In this document: positions 61,425-64,000 of the stretch, one piece after another
How positions within the stretch are numbered: the first letter of the stretch is position 1
Layout: every line of letters starts with the position of its first letter
NCBI GenBank assembly: GCA_903844645.1
Contig: CAIMUP010000027.1
Coordinates: 6,547-70,546, forward strand
Source: an uncultured Bacteroidota bacterium
GTDB lineage: Bacteria; Bacteroidota; Bacteroidia; AKYH767-A; JABDAW01
DNA length: 64,000 bases
Direction of reading: 5' to 3'
Notes under the pieces: model-generated
Told to the model about the DNA's origin: nothing
What the model saw: only the letters and a program-made list of their open reading frames with translations
Database searches by the model: none
Made by a program: the position numbers and the translations under genes

Positions 61425-63944
61425 ATGAACACAAAAAATAATGAACAAAATACACAGCAAACATTCCCTTTCCATCTCGGGTTTTGCATGCTTGTAATGA
61501 TGCTTTTTTTGCATGCCATCGCTTATTCACAAAACTATAACCGGATGGGCGGCGGTGCCGGCAAAGTGTATGGAATCATCCAAGATTCAGCCGATAATAA
61601 AGCGATAGAATATGCTACCATCACCCTGCTTCGAGCTTCCGATTCGAGCGTCATCAGCGGCACCGTAAGCGATGGTAAGGGAGAATTCAAGATGGAAGAC
61701 ATTGCCAACGGGCAGTACAAACTTAATGTTTCTTTCATCGGGTATAAGGCGTTTATGTCGGCAGCGTTTTATGTCTCCAATCAAAACTCGGAAGTGGATA
61801 AAGGGAAGATAAAAATTTCATCCGGTGCCAAGAAATTGGAAGAAGTAATTGTATCCGCCGAGAAAGCCGATTTCCAAAATACATTGGATAAAAGAATTTA
61901 TAATGTGAGTAAAAACATTACTAATGCTGGTGGTACGGCTACCGATTTATTACAAAACATTCCTTCCGTAACCGTGGATATGAATGGTACGGTGAGCTTC
62001 CGCGGCAATGCCAATGTTACTGTTTTGATTGACGGTAAACCCTCTGGATTAACGGGTGGCGACCGTCAGGCATTGTTAGATCAGTTGTCTGCAAGTTCCA
62101 TCGAATCCATCGAAATAGTGACCAACCCTTCCGCAAAATATGATGCAGAAGGAATGGCAGGTATCATCAATATCATTACTAAGAAAGATAAACTGAAAGG
62201 TATCAACGGGAATGTATCTGGAGGTGCCGGAACGCACGAAACATATCATGGGTCGTGCGGGATTAATTACCGCACCTCGAAGTATAACATCTATGGCAGT
62301 TATAATTACCGCCACGAGATACGATTAATCACTAACCGCGGCCTTCAGCATAACTATTTAAGCGATACATCTTATACCTATAGCACCAATACCTCCAGCG
62401 AACACGAAGGGAATAATAATAACGGAAAATTGGGTGTTGATTTCTTTTTGAGCAACTATACCACGCTGGGCATTTACGGCACCTTCGGCACCCGAAACCA
62501 GAACGAACCCGGGACTAACATCTATGAATATAAAACTATAGATGGAGTACCTATAAAAACTTACACCAAGGATGATTACAACTCCGATAGAAACAAAACA
62601 TTCCAAGGGAATTTCGATTACAAACATTCCTTCCCGAATTCAAAAAGAGAGTTAAACATTAGCGGCAACTTTTCGCAGAATGTAAAGAATGAAAACACCT
62701 CCTTCCACAACAGTCTTTATGATGCCGAGATAGGCGATTCCATTTACCAATATAACTACACCACGGCGAAGTATATTACCTCCGTTGCGCAGGCTGATTA
62801 CATCCATCCATTCAATGCAAAATCGAAGCTGGAGGCGGGATTGAAGGGTAACTACCGAATCAATGATAACAACCAGCAGACGGATACTTACGACTTCCTT
62901 GCCCAGAATTATCCGAACGATCCTTTATACACAAATCACTATAAATATACCGAACAAATATATGCCACATATCTGATGTACACTGGCTCGTATAAATACT
63001 TCGATTACCATGTCGGATTGCGCAGCGAACAGACCCTGACCAGCATCCAGCAAGAGACTATTGACTCTGTTTATCACAATAATTATCTGGGCTTGTTTCC
63101 CAGTGCTTCCGTCAAGGTTTCATTGGGATATCAGGAGGATATTCAGTTTAGTTACAGCCGCAGAATCAACCGCCCGAACGTGTGGTCTATGAACCCTTTC
63201 AAGGATATTACCGATTCCATGAACATCCGTCAGGGCAATCCCTATCTGCATCCTGAATACATCAACTCGTTTGAATTAGGCTATACCAAATCAACCAATA
63301 AAATCTCTCTGGGTGCCACGATTTATTACAAACACTCTACCGATTTGATTTCTTATTACCGCATTTTTGATCCTCAAACAGGCAAGTCCATCCTTACGCA
63401 TCAGAACTATAGCTCTTCAGAAAACATGGGCGTGGAAGGATTCTTTCGGTATGATTTAGGCAAGGCTGGGAGTTTGCAGTGGAGCTTCAACGGATACAAC
63501 AATAAAGTGAATGCGACCAACCTCCAAACAGACCTCCAGAGCAGTGCCATTAATTGGAATACCCGCTTGGTCGCGAATCTCAAATTAGCCCGATATACCT
63601 CCATGCAAATTACCGGGTATTATGCCGCGCCTTCGACCTCGCCACAAAGCACTGTCAAGGGTTTCAGCACGGTGGATGGAGGCATCAAACAAGACTTTTG
63701 GAAGAGTAAAGCGTCCTTGAGTTTCAACTGCGGGGACATCTTTAATATCCGCGAGATGGACATGAGCAGCCAGACGATTATTAATGGCAAAACGGTCTAT
63801 ACTTATGAAGGTGTTCGGAAGCGCGAATCGAGAATTGCGATGCTTACTTTCTCCTATCGGTTTGGGACGAATAATGATAAATCGAAGAAGAAAAAGCAAG
63901 ACACCAACCAACTCGAATCAGGCGAGGAACCAGTCGGGTATTAA
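61425..63944 (+). CDS. TonB-dependent receptor / outer-membrane beta-barrel protein with N-terminal carboxypeptidase-regulatory-like domain
   Basis: 'KVYGIIQDSADNKAIEYATITLL...GEFKMEDIANGQYKLNVSFIGY' (CarbopepD_reg). Plug-like 'TVDMNGTVSFRGN..VTVLIDGKP'. Long beta-strand-rich C-terminus ending in an aromatic residue. Confidence 0.8.
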   Translation: MNTKNNEQNTQQTFPFHLGFCMLVMMLFLHAIAYSQNYNRMGGGAGKVYGIIQDSADNKAIEYATITLLRASDSSVISGTVSDGKGEFKMEDIANGQYKLNVSFIGYKAFMSAAFYVSNQNSEVDKGKIKISSGAKKLEEVIVSAEKADFQNTLDKRIYNVSKNITNAGGTATDLLQNIPSVTVDMNGTVSFRGNANVTVLIDGKPSGLTGGDRQALLDQLSASSIESIEIVTNPSAKYDAEGMAGIINIITKKDKLKGINGNVSGGAGTHETYHGSCGINYRTSKYNIYGSYNYRHEIRLITNRGLQHNYLSDTSYTYSTNTSSEHEGNNNNGKLGVDFFLSNYTTLGIYGTFGTRNQNEPGTNIYEYKTIDGVPIKTYTKDDYNSDRNKTFQGNFDYKHSFPNSKRELNISGNFSQNVKNENTSFHNSLYDAEIGDSIYQYNYTTAKYITSVAQADYIHPFNAKSKLEAGLKGNYRINDNNQQTDTYDFLAQNYPNDPLYTNHYKYTEQIYATYLMYTGSYKYFDYHVGLRSEQTLTSIQQETIDSVYHNNYLGLFPSASVKVSLGYQEDIQFSYSRRINRPNVWSMNPFKDITDSMNIRQGNPYLHPEYINSFELGYTKSTNKISLGATIYYKHSTDLISYYRIFDPQTGKSILTHQNYSSSENMGVEGFFRYDLGKAGSLQWSFNGYNNKVNATNLQTDLQSSAINWNTRLVANLKLARYTSMQITGYYAAPSTSPQSTVKGFSTVDGGIKQDFWKSKASLSFNCGDIFNIREMDMSSQTIINGKTVYTYEGVRKRESRIAMLTFSYRFGTNNDKSKKKKQDTNQLESGEEPVGY

Positions 63945-64000
63945 TTTATTAACCATCTTCAATAAATTTAATAAAATAGATCAGTTAAGCAAAAACAAGC

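Noticed and set aside
1-64000. tRNA, rRNA or other structured RNA genes
   Set aside because: I found no cloverleaf-compatible segments with GTTC/TΨC-like arms in intergenic DNA, and no rRNA-like conserved stretches. All sizeable intergenic DNA is taken up by the tandem arrays.

Overview
This 64-kb window looks like Bacteroidota chromosome (Saprospiraceae/Chitinophagia-like), read from content alone. It mixes housekeeping genes (rsmE, rhomboid protease, LolD-like ABC ATPase, selD, nnr, coaE, yajC, paaZ, hmgA, fadD-like ligase, an NMO-family oxidoreductase, a 2-oxoacid dehydrogenase E2 component, a TonB-dependent receptor) with many surface/secreted proteins. Eight of these carry a recognisable type IX secretion (T9SS) C-terminal sorting domain. 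Two are giant modular proteins: 2377 aa (6 LRR modules, about 10 Cys-containing Ig-like domains, FN3) and 1580 aa (Ig-like repeats, FN3). I found no rRNA, tRNA, CRISPR array, transposase or integrase.

Three things stand out:
- Almost every intergenic gap longer than about 250 bp (13 loci) holds a tandem array with a strict 21-bp (or 42-bp) period. Each array has a different unit sequence, and most end in a near-perfect palindromic hairpin.
- Two of these arrays sit inside a pair of ~250-bp inverted repeats that bracket a 12.5-kb block of housekeeping genes.
- An AT-rich two/three-gene cassette (41.1-44.7 kb) encodes a TPR-fused, Cas4-like PD-(D/E)xK nuclease with a C-terminal 4-Cys cluster. 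There is no CRISPR-cas context, so it is a candidate standalone defence module.

All product calls rest on motif recognition by eye. No database search was possible.
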